Origin: Raillietiella orientalis
Lineage: Eukaryota
DNA: 64,000 bases
Reading direction: 5' to 3'
Assembly: GCA_036172245.1 (NCBI GenBank)
Contig: JAYWIR010000022.1
Location: 2,480,001 to 2,544,000 of the forward strand
In this document: in pieces, positions 49,321-63,810 of the stretch
How the letters are laid out: each line of letters opens with the position of its first letter
How positions within the stretch are numbered: position 1 is the first letter of the stretch
Notes under the pieces: generated by a model
The model's input: the letters and a program-made list of their open reading frames with translations, nothing else
Database searches by the model: none
What the model was told of the DNA's origin: nothing
Translations under genes and position numbers: made by a program

Positions 49321-50999
49321 CACCAGCCACACCTGCTGTGCACTGGACGGCATAAACTGCCAGCGGCTCTGAGTTGTTTTTTTTTTTTTTTGTTATCGAG
49401 AAATACAATCTCGGTTTTTTTTTTTTTGGAATGGAAAAACTGCTCCTTAGGGATCATGCCGTCACGCGGGACAGTTTGGAGTTCACTTCCGTTGCAATCA
49501 GGTAATTACAACTGCAGCAGTGAGAGGGGAGGGGGGTAGGGACATAAAATAAATCAACTGTTGCTGACTACCCCCCGTGCCATCGACGGCCATCAGGAAG
49601 ATTTCCAGCCCACGGGTTTCTATCAAATACTCTTCGAATGTTTCGCTCCTTTTTAACCTAACGAATGTGACCTGGGCACAAAAATGGAGTGTGCTGGCGA
49701 GAAATTCACGTCCAGTGTACCGGGGATGGACGTAGCCTCGGGGTGTGCACACTGGCATCATACAAATACTCTTCTAGATGAGGAGTACCTGCTCACTGAG
49801 ATTGCGTAAGGTTTTTTGGAAGAGCAGGTTTCAGTATTGCGATGAAAGAATGACAAACGAAGGCGAATTCCGTGCGGAGTGCGACGGTGCCTTCGCATGG
49901 CATCCATTTTCCAGCACACTTCCGCTGACGACATCCGGCTAATTTTCTTTGCCAACGCATCGTTTTCTGCCATTAAACGCCGCCAATTAACGACGGCATT
50001 TTATGCAAATGAAAAATAAACAAACCAATTGCTCGGAAACACTAATTGCTTCTCCCCCCCCCCCACACACAGACGTATTCTGATAAACAGTTGCGCGGAA
50101 GAAAAAAAAGGAAAAACAAGCATTTTTTTTTTCTTCTTCCAGTGTTTCTAATCCAGGATGCTTCTCAGTCCGTTTTTTCGCGATCAACAACTTTCAGTGA
50201 CTTTTCCGCGGGTATCACCGGGTCAATTGCGCAGTTTTGCACGGGGAGTGCTCTCGATCACGAATTCTACGTTCAAGGGACTTGTGAAATGCTCGAGATG
50301 CGGACGAGTGTGTACACAGAACGTATCTTGTCGACATTTAGGTCGGATGCAGACTCGAGGCTTCACGATGGAAGCATCTTGCTGGCTGCTTTGAAGTTGC
50401 CAGCGACTCGTGATAACGGAGTGAAGTGCCACCCGCCCTCCTCGTTCCCGTGCACGGCTCGAGCACGGGTCAGAAGCGCAGCTTCTCCTCTTCGCAGCTC
50501 GGCAGGCCCGAAAGGTCGCCCATCTCCGCTTCAGCCCTCTTCGTGTCCGGAAGACGGAAGTCTCCTTCGAAAGCGCTCCCCCCGCTGCCCGTTCCGACCC
50601 AACTCTTGCAATCCGGTTCTCCGTCAGGAGGAAGGAACGCCGTCCACGGTCCTGCTTCGTCCTATTCCGTGCCTGGTGACTTACCCCTCACGGGCACGAA
50701 CGACTCGTTGGACCTTTCACTCTTTCAAAAATTCGTTCCCCGCACCTCACATCTCCCACCTGACGCGTGCGTAGACAAATAAGTGCGGTCGAAGATCGAG
50801 ATCCAGTGATTCTTTTCCGTGGGCAAACAACGAAATGAAATTCAGGGAGGGCGGGACCGCTCCTTCACTGTGCCGAAGCGATTTTCCGTGAAGGATGGGG
50901 GGGGGGGGGGAGAGGATCTTTGAAATTCAGGAAACTCTTTGGCAGGCACCATTTTTTTTTTGGTTTCAAGTGATAATGTGTGTTTATTCAAGATTGGAT

Positions 51000-53230
51000 C
51001 ACGACTCGCGAAGGCTCAAGTTCGTAACAACTTCCACGTGATTTGGAGGATTTGAACGCTCAGATGGCCGTTCAGACCTTTCGCATCAAGGACAGCCGTC
51101 ACCTGCAAGCCATCACTTTTCACCAGATCCACACCTGCGGGAACGGACGATCCACCACGAGAACAATCTGATGCAAAAACAACAACAACAACAAGCACTT
51201 GTTGTTGCGCGGTCGCTTCTTCCTGCGAGCAGAAACTCTTCCAGAGCATTTCGAGCTCCCTTTGACCTGTGCAGCGAGGTCTCTGCTCCCGCCGTCCCTC
51301 TGCACAGGAATGGGTCATTCCATTCCTCAGTTTTGGAAAACCCCTCAAATTTTTTTTTTTTCTTTAAAAAAGAAAAACTGAGCAATGCGAATTTCACGAA
51401 CCCGGAGCATCCTTCTCAAACTGGTCTTCCAGCTTTCCGTTTTCCGATCTTCCTTCCTCCCTTCCTTTTTTTTTTTTTTTACTCTCATCGGGGTGGAAAC
51501 GCTCTGGCCACGCATTTTACGATTCGAGCGTACGGAAGCACGCATTCTTTCAAACGTTAGAAACAAACGTTCCGGCAGTGACAACTGGAGTTTCAGAACT
51601 CGGTCGAGTCGCTCCTCAACGGTGTCCCCTTCTTCTGCTGCCCCCGAACCCTGAGGCTGCTGCCGCGCTCGGAGAACGATCGGGTTCGAGCTGCGAGCTC
51701 AGCCGCGAGAAGTGGCTGGCATCTCGGCGCGTCGATTTTTCGATTTTTTCTTTGCCCCCCCTTTTAATATCAAACTTGCACTTTGACAAGCTTCCCTCGC
51801 TCTTCCTGTCGTGCCGCTGGCAGGGCAGGAGCTCGGGAGCAGGACGTCAGCACTCGTCCAGACGGTTCGAAAAATTCGCTCGGCACGCGGGCAACAGTTT
51901 CCCGCTCCGGGCAGCCGAATCGGAAACCCGAATCCGGGATCGCCCTGGCCTGGGCATTTCGTAAACTTCCTTTCCGAGTCGCCAAGTTCGACTTTCTCAG
52001 TTCCTTCTTCCGCCCGTGCTCATCGCCAATGCTTCTCGCGTTCCGTGCTTTTGACGAAACGCCCTCCATACATAGTTTGGCCAGGAGTGTCGGTTTCTCG
52101 CCATTGCACACATTTCATCAGATATCCTCAGCGTGCAGAAATTGCTCCATTTGTTTCTCCAAAGATTCAGGACCGTTTCAATCGGTACGCCTGCCTAATG
52201 AGCTTCCGCTTTTTCCATCAATCACAAGTTCAATCCTCTTTCACTTTCTAAGGCGCAAATCCATCGAATAGAATCGCCAAAGCCAATCGTAATGTCCATC
52301 GTAATGGCAATCACAACGACTTTCGCACCTTGCAGGAAAACATGATTTGATTTTAAAAATGGCAGAATCGTCCTCATAAGCGCTCTGCTGAAGCAGTGAT
52401 CCCTTTTACGTAGGTTCCGAGCGTTCCGACCTGAGCGCTCCAACGTGCACAATTCTTACACAAATGCTGCGCTGTGGAGTTTTCACCTACAGATACTCTC
52501 AAGAAGTACGAAATGTTCCCATCATCATGAAACGCGGTTTGGTCCGAGCACTGGTATGAGATCCTGCTTGATGTGTGTTGTGTTCATTGGAACAGGTGCG
52601 CAGCGTGGAAAGGAGGAAAGGAAATTGGGGTCAATGGGGGCAAAGACGTCCTTGCACGGACGCATCGATCCTTCTTACACAATAACGGGAGGACAGACGC
52701 ATGCCGAGGGCGGATCGTAACGTAATCCTTAGGGATAAATGAATTCATACCCTCGCCTGTGGGACTGGGGGAAAGAAGCACACCGCGCGTAAGATTTCGG
52801 TAAGGGTCGACCCCGGAGAAGGAAGCAGGCGGCTGAAAAGAAAGTGAACAAAAACATACAAGGTTCCCTTCATTTAAGCAACAGGGATCTCTTTAGGCAC
52901 GCCATATTATGCAGAAGCCTTGCAATGAAATTTTGTTCTCAAGCTATTTAAACTGCAAATAGGGCACTCGCCGGACTGTCAAAGATTCCCATCATTCGAA
53001 TCCAAGTGCTCCTAGAACGTTGCAAACAGTTCCTGGACGCGGTTCAAAAGAAGCTCGTGAAGGCTGCTTGGAAATCTGGATCCAGCGTCCTCAAAGTCCG
53101 GGAGGTCACTCTTGTGTGTCGCTGTGGAGATGCGCATCCGCTCTCTGGAGTGATGGGAGACCGTCCTCTCCTTGATCAAACAGTCGGGCGAAAGCAGTTT
53201 CGGGGAATATTGATGATTCACATCTTACCA
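51000..53230 (-). mobile_element. Degenerate Ty3/Gypsy RT-RNaseH-integrase relic
   Basis: RT-like SRFPSSL (ORF 53012-53221), RH-like KSNHVFLQGAKVVV..IRW (ORF 52222-52452), and integrase-like GFPKL and GVDLVKSDGLQ (ORF 51016-51348), in Gypsy order. Confidence 0.55.
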
Positions 53231-56200
53231 GTTTTCTTCATTTGTTAAGCTCATCCCCTCACGCCATCATGTAATTTACAAGAAATTTCGGTGAATTAGA
53301 AAAATGCAAGGTGAATGTGCATCAAAGCTTCGAAATGGGATAAATGCTTATGTGGCTCGGATATATGTAGCTAAGTAGGTTGCTCTGCTTCGTTTTAAAG
53401 CATTGCATCAACCTTTATAAATATAGGCTGAATATGTAATAATTTAAAACTTTACACAAAAAGCACATTTGTCGTGCATAGAAATGCCTTAGGTCTCTCT
53501 AAGGATTTTCAACTGATTAACAAGCAATAAACTTTGAAAAAAGAAATTCTGTCTTTTCGGTGCGTTGTTTTTTTTTCGTGGGTACCCGAGAATCAATTTA
53601 CTTCTGCCACTGTATCCATGAATTTCAAATTGCTTTGAAAAATATCTTACGGAAGATACTGGTCAGGTTTCGCATAGTGAGTAGGAAATAGCATTGGAAT
53701 TCTAGATATAGAAAAACATGAACCGAGAGCATCGATTTCCACAAGCGAAAGACGTTTCGGGATTTCAGTTCCCATAAGGGCTCCACTGAAAGCTGCAAAG
53801 CCTCAGACAGTAAGATCTCACAACTTCAGAGAAATGCAAAAAAGGCAGTTTCCTGTGACCTCCAGTGCATAACAGGGAGGTCCAATCAAACAGTTTCCTG
53901 GAATGAATGTAATTTTTTTTAGGAAATGAAAAAGTCCGCGCAAAGTGGAGGGAATGATGACACGAAAATACGGAAATCATTTCCAATGATCATTACCAGG
54001 AAAGAGCGCCTCTCAATTCGAGCATTTGCTTAGATCAGATCAGTGCCACAGCATGGACAAAATAACATCGGAACCTCTATATGCAAAAAGCTTCTATGAA
54101 GACGTACAAAAATTGTATATGTGGAATGGCAGGAAGGATTCCTTACTTTATCTTGCTGTGAATTTGTGGATAAGGCTTTCTAAGCATCTCGGGTTTTCAA
54201 AAATATAAAAAAAAAAAAAAAGACTGCAATTTATTGTCCGTCGCAATCTCTACTCGATCCAAAGGAAACATCAAAATTCAGAGTTGAAAACTTTTCGTTT
54301 TACAAAAGAAAGTTTATTTCGAACACGCGCATTGGTATTTGATTACATAGCGCATTCGAATTCGGTGCTTTCATAAATGTTTCTAGCACAGATGTCTAAG
54401 ATTCCTACTACGAAAAGCCTACTCATGCATACTTCTTGAAAGTTTACAGTTGATTAGAAAAAGATCTCAAACACTTATGACACCCGTCTTCGTAAAAGAA
54501 TGCTTTGCTGATGTCCGTGAAGTAATCGCCTTATGGGCATCCCTACTAATCCAATGAAAGAACTTCAAGTTCGCTAACTTTGACAGCACAGAATTGATTA
54601 CATCTATGGATCAAGTCAAAACCTGGAAGAGATACCCTTGAACAGGAAATGTACCGAATCACTGCATGGAATTAGACTCATTAAAACTGAGCTGCTTTTT
54701 CGTCTTGAGAACGAAGAATTGTGCGTTGTGAGACAAACTAAAAGACACATTTTGATACTTGTATCACCACTGCTTTGGTTCACCATGTCGAAAGAAGAAA
54801 AAGAAGAAAAGAAAGCATTTCTCAAAGAAAAAGCAGAACCTGAAGTTAATCACAAAAAATGCCACTGTTTTGCTTATCTTTAATGGTTTGTCTTTCGATT
54901 TCCATTAAGTGGACTTTCAGACCTATGGATGGCTTTCGTCAGGCAAAACCATACCTTAATTGCCATGTGGTTATGTGAGTACTATCAGATTTTAGAAGTT
55001 TTGATTTTGAATTCGATCTATTAGTTTTGAATAGGGAATGGGAAAACGATTCCTTGTGTTTAGAGAGTGAATATTTCAGAAGAGTTTCTTCATAACTTTT
55101 CAGGGAATGTCAGATGCGAGGCGACTTTCAAGACCATAAAGATGCATAAATAAGAATACATCATTACTTTTTAGTTGTGTATCATGATGAAAGGGCTCTT
55201 TGGTATGCTGAAGTCACGGTGAAGCATTTGTGAAGTTCTAATATAGAAATTAATAGATTTATGTCTCACTTTGCAAAAATTTGAAGATTTCTGAATTAGT
55301 GCATTTTTCGCGATAGGCATCGAACCTTGGCAAAAAATGACATTTGCGATCATCGTCACGAATATATTATCCCTAAAAAAACGGCAGTTTACTCCCACAG
55401 GGTCAGTGTTTGGAAGTGTGCATGCTAAGATGAAAAACAATTTTGCTCTTCAATGTCGAGCTGAAATCCGAATAGTTCCTTATTATTCCCATTAATAAAT
55501 TATTGTTTCTCGAAATGCTTGTATCGGGACCAAGAAGTATTTTAACCATTAGTCTCCGAAATGATTTGGCATCATTGCTTCGCGAACCGTTCATATCGTA
55601 ATTGTGTTGTTTCAGACGTCCCTAAAGTGATTTCTTCCGTGCATGTAGGTGTATTGTGTTTATCCCAACAAGACATCTGTTTTTTCAAAGCAGGTATTCT
55701 TGTCCTGTTTCTTTTTTCTTTATTTCTTCCTGCTATTTTGTCCATTTCGGATGTTTTGTAGGTGCCTGCGTGGGTTTTCGGGACGATCGCAGTTTCTAAT
55801 TGATAACACTAATGTATTCCTGTTTTCTTAATGTAACTGTTGGAATACGTGGCTGGATGTGTTTCCCAGTGTGCACCGTTCAGCACAGTCAGAGTTGTCA
55901 AACGGCAGAATGAAAAACACCAATAGCGTGAAGTGAATGTGTGTGTGGTTATTTTGTGGGAAAGTGGGCGACCCTTTGCGTTGATGACGCAGTGTTTGAG
56001 TGTCGAACCGTGGTGTGCTGGATTATCCATAAATACCAGGAAGGGGATGACTGGCCGTGTTTCGTTGTATCCGTCTCTCGTTTTTCCCTGTTTCCCGCCA
56101 ACAGCTGGGTCCTACGTTGCGGCAGTGGGGGGTAGTGGTGTCGCCCTCGGAATTGGGGACAAATGTGTGGGTCGTTGCTTCGGTCCCAGCGTTACGTCAT

Positions 56201-56479
56201 TTTCGATCGAATCCCTTTTTTTTTTTTTTTTAATCTCTTAGTCGGCGTGAGATTTTTTTTGTTTTAGTTTGAAATCGGTGGGAAATTTGCCTTTTTTCGA
56301 TGTTGCAACTGTGCTTTGCTTTGATCTCCGAATAGAGTTGTACGGGAAAGTGTCCTTTTGTGCCTCATATTGGTACGCATTTCGCCGCGTTGGTACTACA
56401 CGTACGTAGTAAAGTTTCGTGCAGTTTGTGATTACGATTTCGGTGGTTGCGCACCATTCTTCATAAAATCGAGTTCTTC

Positions 56480-56510
<31 letters not shown>

Positions 56511-57617
56511 GAAAGAAAAAAAAAAATGTGAATCTGATGTTACGACGAATTCTTTTGTAAACTGGAACTGTCATGCCGTGGTCGATCTGGTTTTGTAATA
56601 AGTTGCAGCAGCCCGTTCTCTCGAGATAATCCCTCATTTTGGGTGAGATGCTGCAGACATTCGATGGTGTTCAGTGAGCAGCGCAAACCAGAATCCCGAA
56701 AGTACACTTCGCACTTCGGTGTTTGCGCGCGCCATTTGCAAACGCGCAGCGGGAATGGTGTACCTGTCTTCCTCCCTGTTTTGTTCACGTAATGATGATG
56801 ATGACCCGATAGGAATGTACGAAAAACGAAAAGTTTCCCTTTTTCATCTTGTCCTGAAGTACACCGTTTACATCGACACCACACGACTCGTTTTTATTTC
56901 TTTTACGCGTTGAAAGACATGAAATCAAAATGCTTGGAAGTCGGTGAGGTGCTTGTCCACCAAGATGGAAAAGTTGAAAGTATAGAGAACCGCTTAAGAA
57001 GATTGTGTCATGCAATTGTGATAAGTACATGACATGGTAGCACGTGGATGCTTTAATCGATTTAGGAGTAAATGAGCCAACTGAAAAGAACACCGTACTA
57101 TCACAATGCAGAATTTTTTTTTGATCTTTGAAATTCATGCTTTGGAACCTAAAGGCATGAGGACTTCTCGTGTTCGTCATGGTTCTCATGACAAATCCTA
57201 GAAACAGTTACGAATTTGCATCATACTGCATGTGAGAGCATGTAAACTGACCGTACACCCAGCTAACATGTTTCGAATTCTTGAACTGCTAGAACAGTAT
57301 CAGAGAATTATTTTGCTTAAACTAGTCATTCTTGATGAAAAAAATTCCTAATTTACAGAAATGCTCACATGTTTTGGTGATAGTTTTACAATGTAATAAT
57401 AAAAATTCATTTGGATCCGATGAATTTTATTTGTATATCAGCCTCTGAGATACAAATGTATGCCTTTGTTTTTGTTTTATGATAAGTTGAAATCCTATGA
57501 AATAAGTTTCACATATGCAATAAAGATTATCTTTATCGACTTTTGAGACCAATATTCAGACCAAAAATGACCTAATACATTCACTGAGAAAGGTTTATAA
57601 AAAAAAATATTTTAGAA

Positions 57618-57701
57618 TTATTCTGACTAAATACACAGTCATTTCTGTGGCATAGTCAGTTTGGAATGCCACAGAAACGACTGTGTATTTAGTCGGAATA
57701 A
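57618..57701. repeat. Long inverted repeat: 36-bp arms, 2 mismatches, 12-nt loop
   Basis: TTATTCTGACTAAATACACAGTCATTTCTGTGGCAT (57618-57653) pairs with ATGCCACAGAAACGACTGTGTATTTAGTCGGAATAA (57666-57701). Confidence 0.9.
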
Positions 57702-57750
57702 AGTCATAATAACAGAACGTTCATTATTTCCAGTGTTGATAGATGAGGCA

Positions 57751-57805
57751 GGATATGTAGCTCAGATGGTTAAATTCTCACATATGCAGTAAAGATGAAG
57801 GGTCA
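57751..57805 (+). pseudogene. Degenerate tRNA(Ala)-like 5' half or SINE head
   Basis: GGATATGTAGCTCAGATGGT resembles the tRNA-Ala 5' end and box A. No box B and no cloverleaf. Confidence 0.35.
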
Positions 57806-58949
57806 TCATGTTTTCTCGTGATAGGCATATGCTTTGCCGTTTTTTGTATTGTTTCTTATGTTTAAGTGATACCTTCAGCAATGTTATTGTGAATTTTGTG
57901 GTGATCAGTCGTAATCCCGTAAATTTTGTATTTGAAAAGGTGATTCTTTTTTCAATAAAAGGAGACTATAGGAATATTGAAGCAAATGTGCCTGCCAAGT
58001 TAAAAAGCAGTTGTAGTTCCACTTGCACACTATTGAATCAGAATGTTTGTTTCTGAAACATATGTTGATTTGATGATTGCACATTTTTTAATGCGTTATA
58101 ATTGATGAATTGCAATGTTGCAAAAAGGCAGCATAGCAATGTATATGAACAAGTCAACACACTTTATGATGATTCGTAATTACGCTGGATAAAAATGTGA
58201 AACTCAGTATTCATAAACATATAGATCTGGTTTATCAGTCATCTGTTTTGAAGTACCTGTTTTTAATGTTTGCAGTAGTTATTTTTTCCAGCATATTTTA
58301 TTCAGAAAATAAACGTGTAATCATCAAATATTTTATTTGTGAACTTGAGTTTTTTTGCAAGCACTCAGTTAAATCATGCAAGTCAATGCATAAATTTGAG
58401 TTGCCCGATTTTTCTTTGAGTTAATGCTTAGTTTTGAATTGAGAAATTTTTTTGTGTTTATCAAATAATGTGAAGACATGAGTGCTTACCTGTGATGAAC
58501 AGATCACTGACGTTTTCTTAGTTGCGATATTGTTCGAATTTTGTTTACTTGCATCATATTGTGTGAAGTGTTATGAATATATTGTTATTAATGTCACATT
58601 GGTGCTTTCCAGCTGAATTCCCAGCAATAAATTTTCAAGCCATAATTTGCAAACTCAGTTTAAGTACCAGTTACTGAAGTAAGTGCCAGTCAAGTTTTAA
58701 AGTTCGGATACCAGTTACTTACTAAAGAGAAGGTCATTGCCAAGAAAAATTGAGCCAGCAGGTAATTTCTGCATTTTCAAATTTGCAGCAATTTCAGATT
58801 TGTTCATTACATAGAAATAAACTTGGATTAACTTTGCTGATTTTTCTAAGATGAAAAGCAATTTGCATCATTGTTATTGTGCAAAGTTGGTAAATTTGTT
58901 AAAATTTTGGTAAAGTCTTTAAGAGAACAATAACGGCATTTTCAAGTAT

Positions 58950-59450
58950 GATCATGGCAATTAATAGTCATGTGTACACTTAGCATCATTGGAGATAAAA
59001 ATGATGTCTAATGATGTTTCTGAACAGAAATAAATAATGCAACATCACAAATTTAATCCAAGATTTATCAGCATGGGCACATCACTAATTAAAATTGAAG
59101 CATCCACTATGGTGAAAAGTCTTGGTGTTTTTGAAGGTTATATGATTGTTAGTTATAAGAAATTGCATTTTTCCTCTTAATTCCAGTGATATTGCACTTA
59201 TTCTATATAACTGAAACAGGAATGCCAAGTTCTATGATCTATCTCTTAAACTATCATGTTGAAGACCTTTTAAGGTGTTCAAGATGTTTTCAGAGTTTCT
59301 AGATCAATTTATCCTGCCTCCTAATCCATGGTTGTTGATTAAAAGAATAGCCTTGCTTCCAAGACAGTTACTGTGTACTTGATTAAGCACAGTTTCGTTT
59401 GACATGGAAGGAAGTACTATGCTATCATCATTACTTCACTGGATTTGCAG
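58950..59450 (-). mobile_element. Possible pogo/Tigger DDE transposase relic
   Basis: LGSKAILLINNH (cf. KALL++DN..H) and FTIVDASILISD (cf. +T+.DA+..+..AW). Confidence 0.35.
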
Positions 59451-59949
59451 TTGTAAATTTTTCTGTTTTCATGTCTGCTGGAAACGTGTTCTATGTAGCG
59501 AATCTGCATGAAATGATGTTGCAGTAATTCATGTTTGTTTCAGATTTTCCAGGCATGGCTTCCATCCCATTTGGTACTTTTTCTGCTTCAAAGATCCATG
59601 AAAATATGAAGAAAGAGGAAAACCCAGATACAGGTGAACACAATAAAAGGAGCATTTTTTAAAAACTTCCTTATAGCCTTATTAACTAATTATAACACCA
59701 AATTGATGAATTTCATCTGGGGTTTATACAACAAACATTCGCCACATAACTTGAAATCACTGAAAGATGGACATATGACTTGGGCACAGGCCCATTTTCC
59801 TGGTCGTTGATTGCAACATTTATTTCCAAAAGACTCTGCATCATCATTAAAGAAAGCTTGAGTACACACTTAGGAATTTAAATGGAACGTTTTTATTGTA
59901 AATGGCTGTTTTAGAAAATAAATTTTATATATATCATTTTTTTTAAAAT

Positions 59950-60392
59950 TTATTGTTTCCGATACTGGAACACTGGCACACCTGTTTCTCGATAAATAGA
60001 TCTATCGTGCAGATATTTCTGTGTGCATTCCTGGCGGAAGTTTTCATCATTAAGCCATTCTAGCAAGCATTCCTTCATCTTGGAATTTTCTCCACGACAT
60101 AAGAATGGAAACATCAGTTTATGCTGTTTGGAACAAGTGACAAATGCTACACATGATAGAGTCATTGACTGTTGCATTATTTATGCTCCAGTATACCATT
60201 AACTGTATCCACACATTTTTCCTTTCTTGCCTGTTCCCTCATCATGTTAGGGATAAGCACATTTAATTCCACTTTTCTAAGTTTGCAATCCTTAGGATCA
60301 CCTACTCTCTGATCAAACACATGTAATTTTACATAATAATAATTACCTAACCCATGAGGCCCATTCCATTTTGCAGTATGATGATTCATCAT
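59950..60392 (-). CDS. CMC1: COX assembly mitochondrial protein (twin CX9C); exons 60392-60347, 60301-60197, 60146-59950
   Basis: Spliced frame GPHGLGDPKD..LRKVE..VLIP.MMRE..CVDTVNAFVTC..CRGENSKMKEC..YL.DRS.YRETG, with two CX9C motifs and GT-AG introns of 45 and 50 nt. Confidence 0.92.
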
Positions 60393-62499
60393 GCATTGTC
60401 TGAAGAAGAAAATGAAAAACTGAAATTCACCCTATTCATTGAAATTGCAAATGATATGAGTTTACAGTTGGAAGACTGTGTTCTTGCAACTGTATATTGT
60501 ATGAATATGTATGAATCCCTTTAAATGGGTACCTTGCCTACATAAACAAAATTAAATGTGTAAAAAGAAAAATGCAAATCACAAATGGGCAAACCATTTG
60601 ACATCACAAGTCAAAATCAAATAACCCATTCAGTTCTACCTCTTGTTTAGGTTTTACCTTGTCTCTGTTTTACCTCTTATATACTTTTCTTCTTTACATT
60701 CTTTCTTATTCTGTATATATGCACCAAAGCTTCAATGGAGCCAGTTGTTTAATGATATGCTAATATCTTGATCCTAGTGGGTGTAAATTTTGGGAATACA
60801 TGAACTTGCCAGCACTGAAACTGAATTTACAAAAACATGCTTCACAATTAACATTTAGAATTATAAAAGACTGTCGTATTTGCTCATTAGCATTTTCATT
60901 TTATCTGCCCAGGTCGTATTCTCACACATCACTGCCTTCAGTAAACTACCAGCATACCACCCATCATGAAGTGACTCCTGGGTTTACCTTAACTCTTGAT
61001 CCCGTGAACACAATCACACTTTCTTTATGCTGACCTGGTGCGTTCATGAAAGTTAGGTGGGCGAATGTTTTTTTTCATCGAAAACCTACAGCCGTATACA
61101 ACCAGAATTTACGTCCGTACGAAAGATAATGGCAGGGAATGCAAAAACTTTTTTCCCAACATTCCGCAGTGTCGCGTTCCAGCTCTGGTTTTGCATCCTT
61201 GACTCGAAACACAATTCCTTCGTGAAGTCCACACAACACTATTATAAAAGCCGAGCTTATTCACGTATACAACACGGTTGGAGAAAAAAAAAAAAAAAAA
61301 AAAAAGGGAAAGGAAACAGGGGAAGAGGGCTGCTCTCGAAAGCAGCTGGAAGTCGAATTCGTTATGTAAAAGGGCCAACCTGGGATTCGACCTGCTCCTC
61401 GCGATTTCCTGCATCTTCTACGTGATCTACGTGCTGGTAGCATTCTGGTACGATGAATCTGGAGGTGTACGCTGTGGATGTTGCACTCAGTTGGCCCATC
61501 ACCGGAAGATGTTCAGAGATATCACGATGGGGATGTACATGTAAAGTTCGTAACCAAGCCACCGTGAAGTGAACGCCATACGAAACTGGTTGTAATGGTT
61601 AGAATGTCAGGATGCAGTGTTCCGTGGATCGTTGTCATGTTTTTTGTTTTTTTTTTTCTACGAATTTTTCAAAGGGCAGACCCTGAAATGTTGCTGCGAG
61701 GGGGGGGGGGATACATGTAAATAAAATCTTTAAGTCACACTAACTCCTTTCCAAATTAACGTTTGCCATTGCTCTGCCTTGCTCGGAATGAGGACCGTTC
61801 ATTGCCTTATTGGTCGTGGGTTGTGCTAATTTGCAGTGGTCTTATGTTTCTTTTCCCCATTCGCTATGTGATGCCACAAAGCTGGTCGGTTCCGAGGGGA
61901 AACGAGGAGAGGTGGTTCCATATAGCAATGAGGTAGTAAACCATGCTGTACCATGCTACGTATATAGTAGACCTTCTTGCCCTTATGCTTCAGCGTTTGG
62001 AGGGATTTCAAAAGGCAAAAATCACTAATGTAAAATCTTGGAATTACGAATTCTCATGGCGCTATGAATTAAGAGTGCATGTTTCTTTGGAAATTGCCAT
62101 CAGTATTATTGGTCCACCCCATAAATTGAGTTCACTTAAAATAGCAGACTTCCAGTGACCTTATGAATGTGTGACCATCGAAGATTCAGTTGGTTTGTGT
62201 TCCACAAGAAGCAGAGATTCTTATTGCATAAAAATACATTCGGATTATTAATGCCTATTTAATTTCAAGTAGATCTTTAACCATTGTGGCTTGCTAATAG
62301 CAACTATTCCCCCTAAATTCCCAAGTTAGTAAGCTTAATGCATTATACCTTGCAAACCAGTTTCCTTTGTTTTGCCGCATTTTTGAGTTTTTCTTCATGT
62401 ACTAGAGATGGGTGCATGAAGAAGACTTCAAGAGTCTGTTTGAGTGCTAGCTATGTAACAATTCACTGTTTACCTGAGGATGCATAACTACCCAAAATT

Positions 62500-63810
62500 C
62501 TGTTCTGTATTCATATTGGGAATACAGTAGACCAGGTTTTTTACAGAAGAGTAAATCATGTTTTATATGAGAGTTTCATAGAAACCTTGAAAAAAAAGAA
62601 TTCCATAAAAGTTAAGTCGATAACAAATGTTTCAAGGACCATAACATCTGCATGTTGATGCTGCTCTAAATATGAAACAGTTAATTACTCATGGATTTGT
62701 GTGTTCATTGTTTATTGTGTATTGCATCAAGGTTTTTCCTTGATGCAAGATAATGATTTGATCATTCAGTTGTTTTTCATTAAGTCTTTTTGATTTAAAC
62801 TTGAACTCTTCAAGACACCACGTATTCACATGTGTAGTCACAGAAGTAAAAACGAAATTTTCCAAACCCATCATACACATGTCAAACCAGTATATTCATG
62901 CAGTTTCATTTATTCATATGATAACAAGTATGAATATAACTGCAAGTTTTGAAAACTGCCCTCTGAAAGCAAGCATTCCAAATATTTCCAATTACTACTC
63001 TAAAGCATCAGAATTGTAGAATTGAAAATTGTGAGCAGAAGATGCTTTGTGCTTAAATGAATGCATCCTTGTGGTTTTCAAATAGGAGTATTGATACAAA
63101 GTAGTTCTCCATGATTTTGATTTCCAATAGTGCTTATGATATGAGTGGTTGCTTGATCATGTCCATGATGGTTCCTTGATCTTTATTATGGCTAATTGGC
63201 CTAGTCAAAATTTCAAATTTAGAACTACATAGGTGTTAAAGTTAGGTGTACGAATTCATTTTACATAAGACCTTAAGGAAATGACTAAATACCTGAGAAC
63301 AAGATAATTTCAGATTTACAAATTAAAAAGGATATAAAGATTCTTGAGGGTTCAGATTGGAGTTTTAGAGGTCTGATGTGAGAAAAGAACTGGTTTATTT
63401 ATCCAGAAAAAAGTAAACGATATTAAACAATGGAAAATTGCCATTTCATCTTTATATGGGTGTAGCTGGTGTTTGGCACATTATTTTCATGCAGCATTTG
63501 TGTAGTCAGCAGTTACTCCAGGATAGTTTTGGAGCTTTTTGGGTCTTCAACTTTGATAATGAGAGACAACATTTTACTAAACACTAATTGTTTATTGATT
63601 GATTCTCCAGTAAAATACATACAATTCACTTGAAACTTTTTTGTTCGTGGGTGCATATAAAGTCTCAAAAATGAAAAAAAGCATGCTGTTAATGCCAGCT
63701 AAAGTCGCAAATTGCATGTATGGATTCCCTTCAGCTTTGAAGTATGACAACATGTTGAGAAATTTAAACATTGGATGCGAAATATTAGATTTGATGACTA
63801 GTGCCACAAT
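62500..63810 (-). mobile_element. Possible Copia gag-protease relic
   Basis: IFETLYAP..ELY (gag-like) and FVFTSVTTHV..F (cf. W++DSG.T.H) in the expected order; very eroded. Confidence 0.35.

Noticed and set aside
54600..55400. Possible plus-strand Copia gag relic
   Set aside because: Only vague similarity (KCHC); too eroded to call.
61278..61562. Hydrophobic plus ORF, or minus DISEHLPV (endonuclease SDHLP-like)
   Set aside because: Only a single short motif with no supporting context on either strand.
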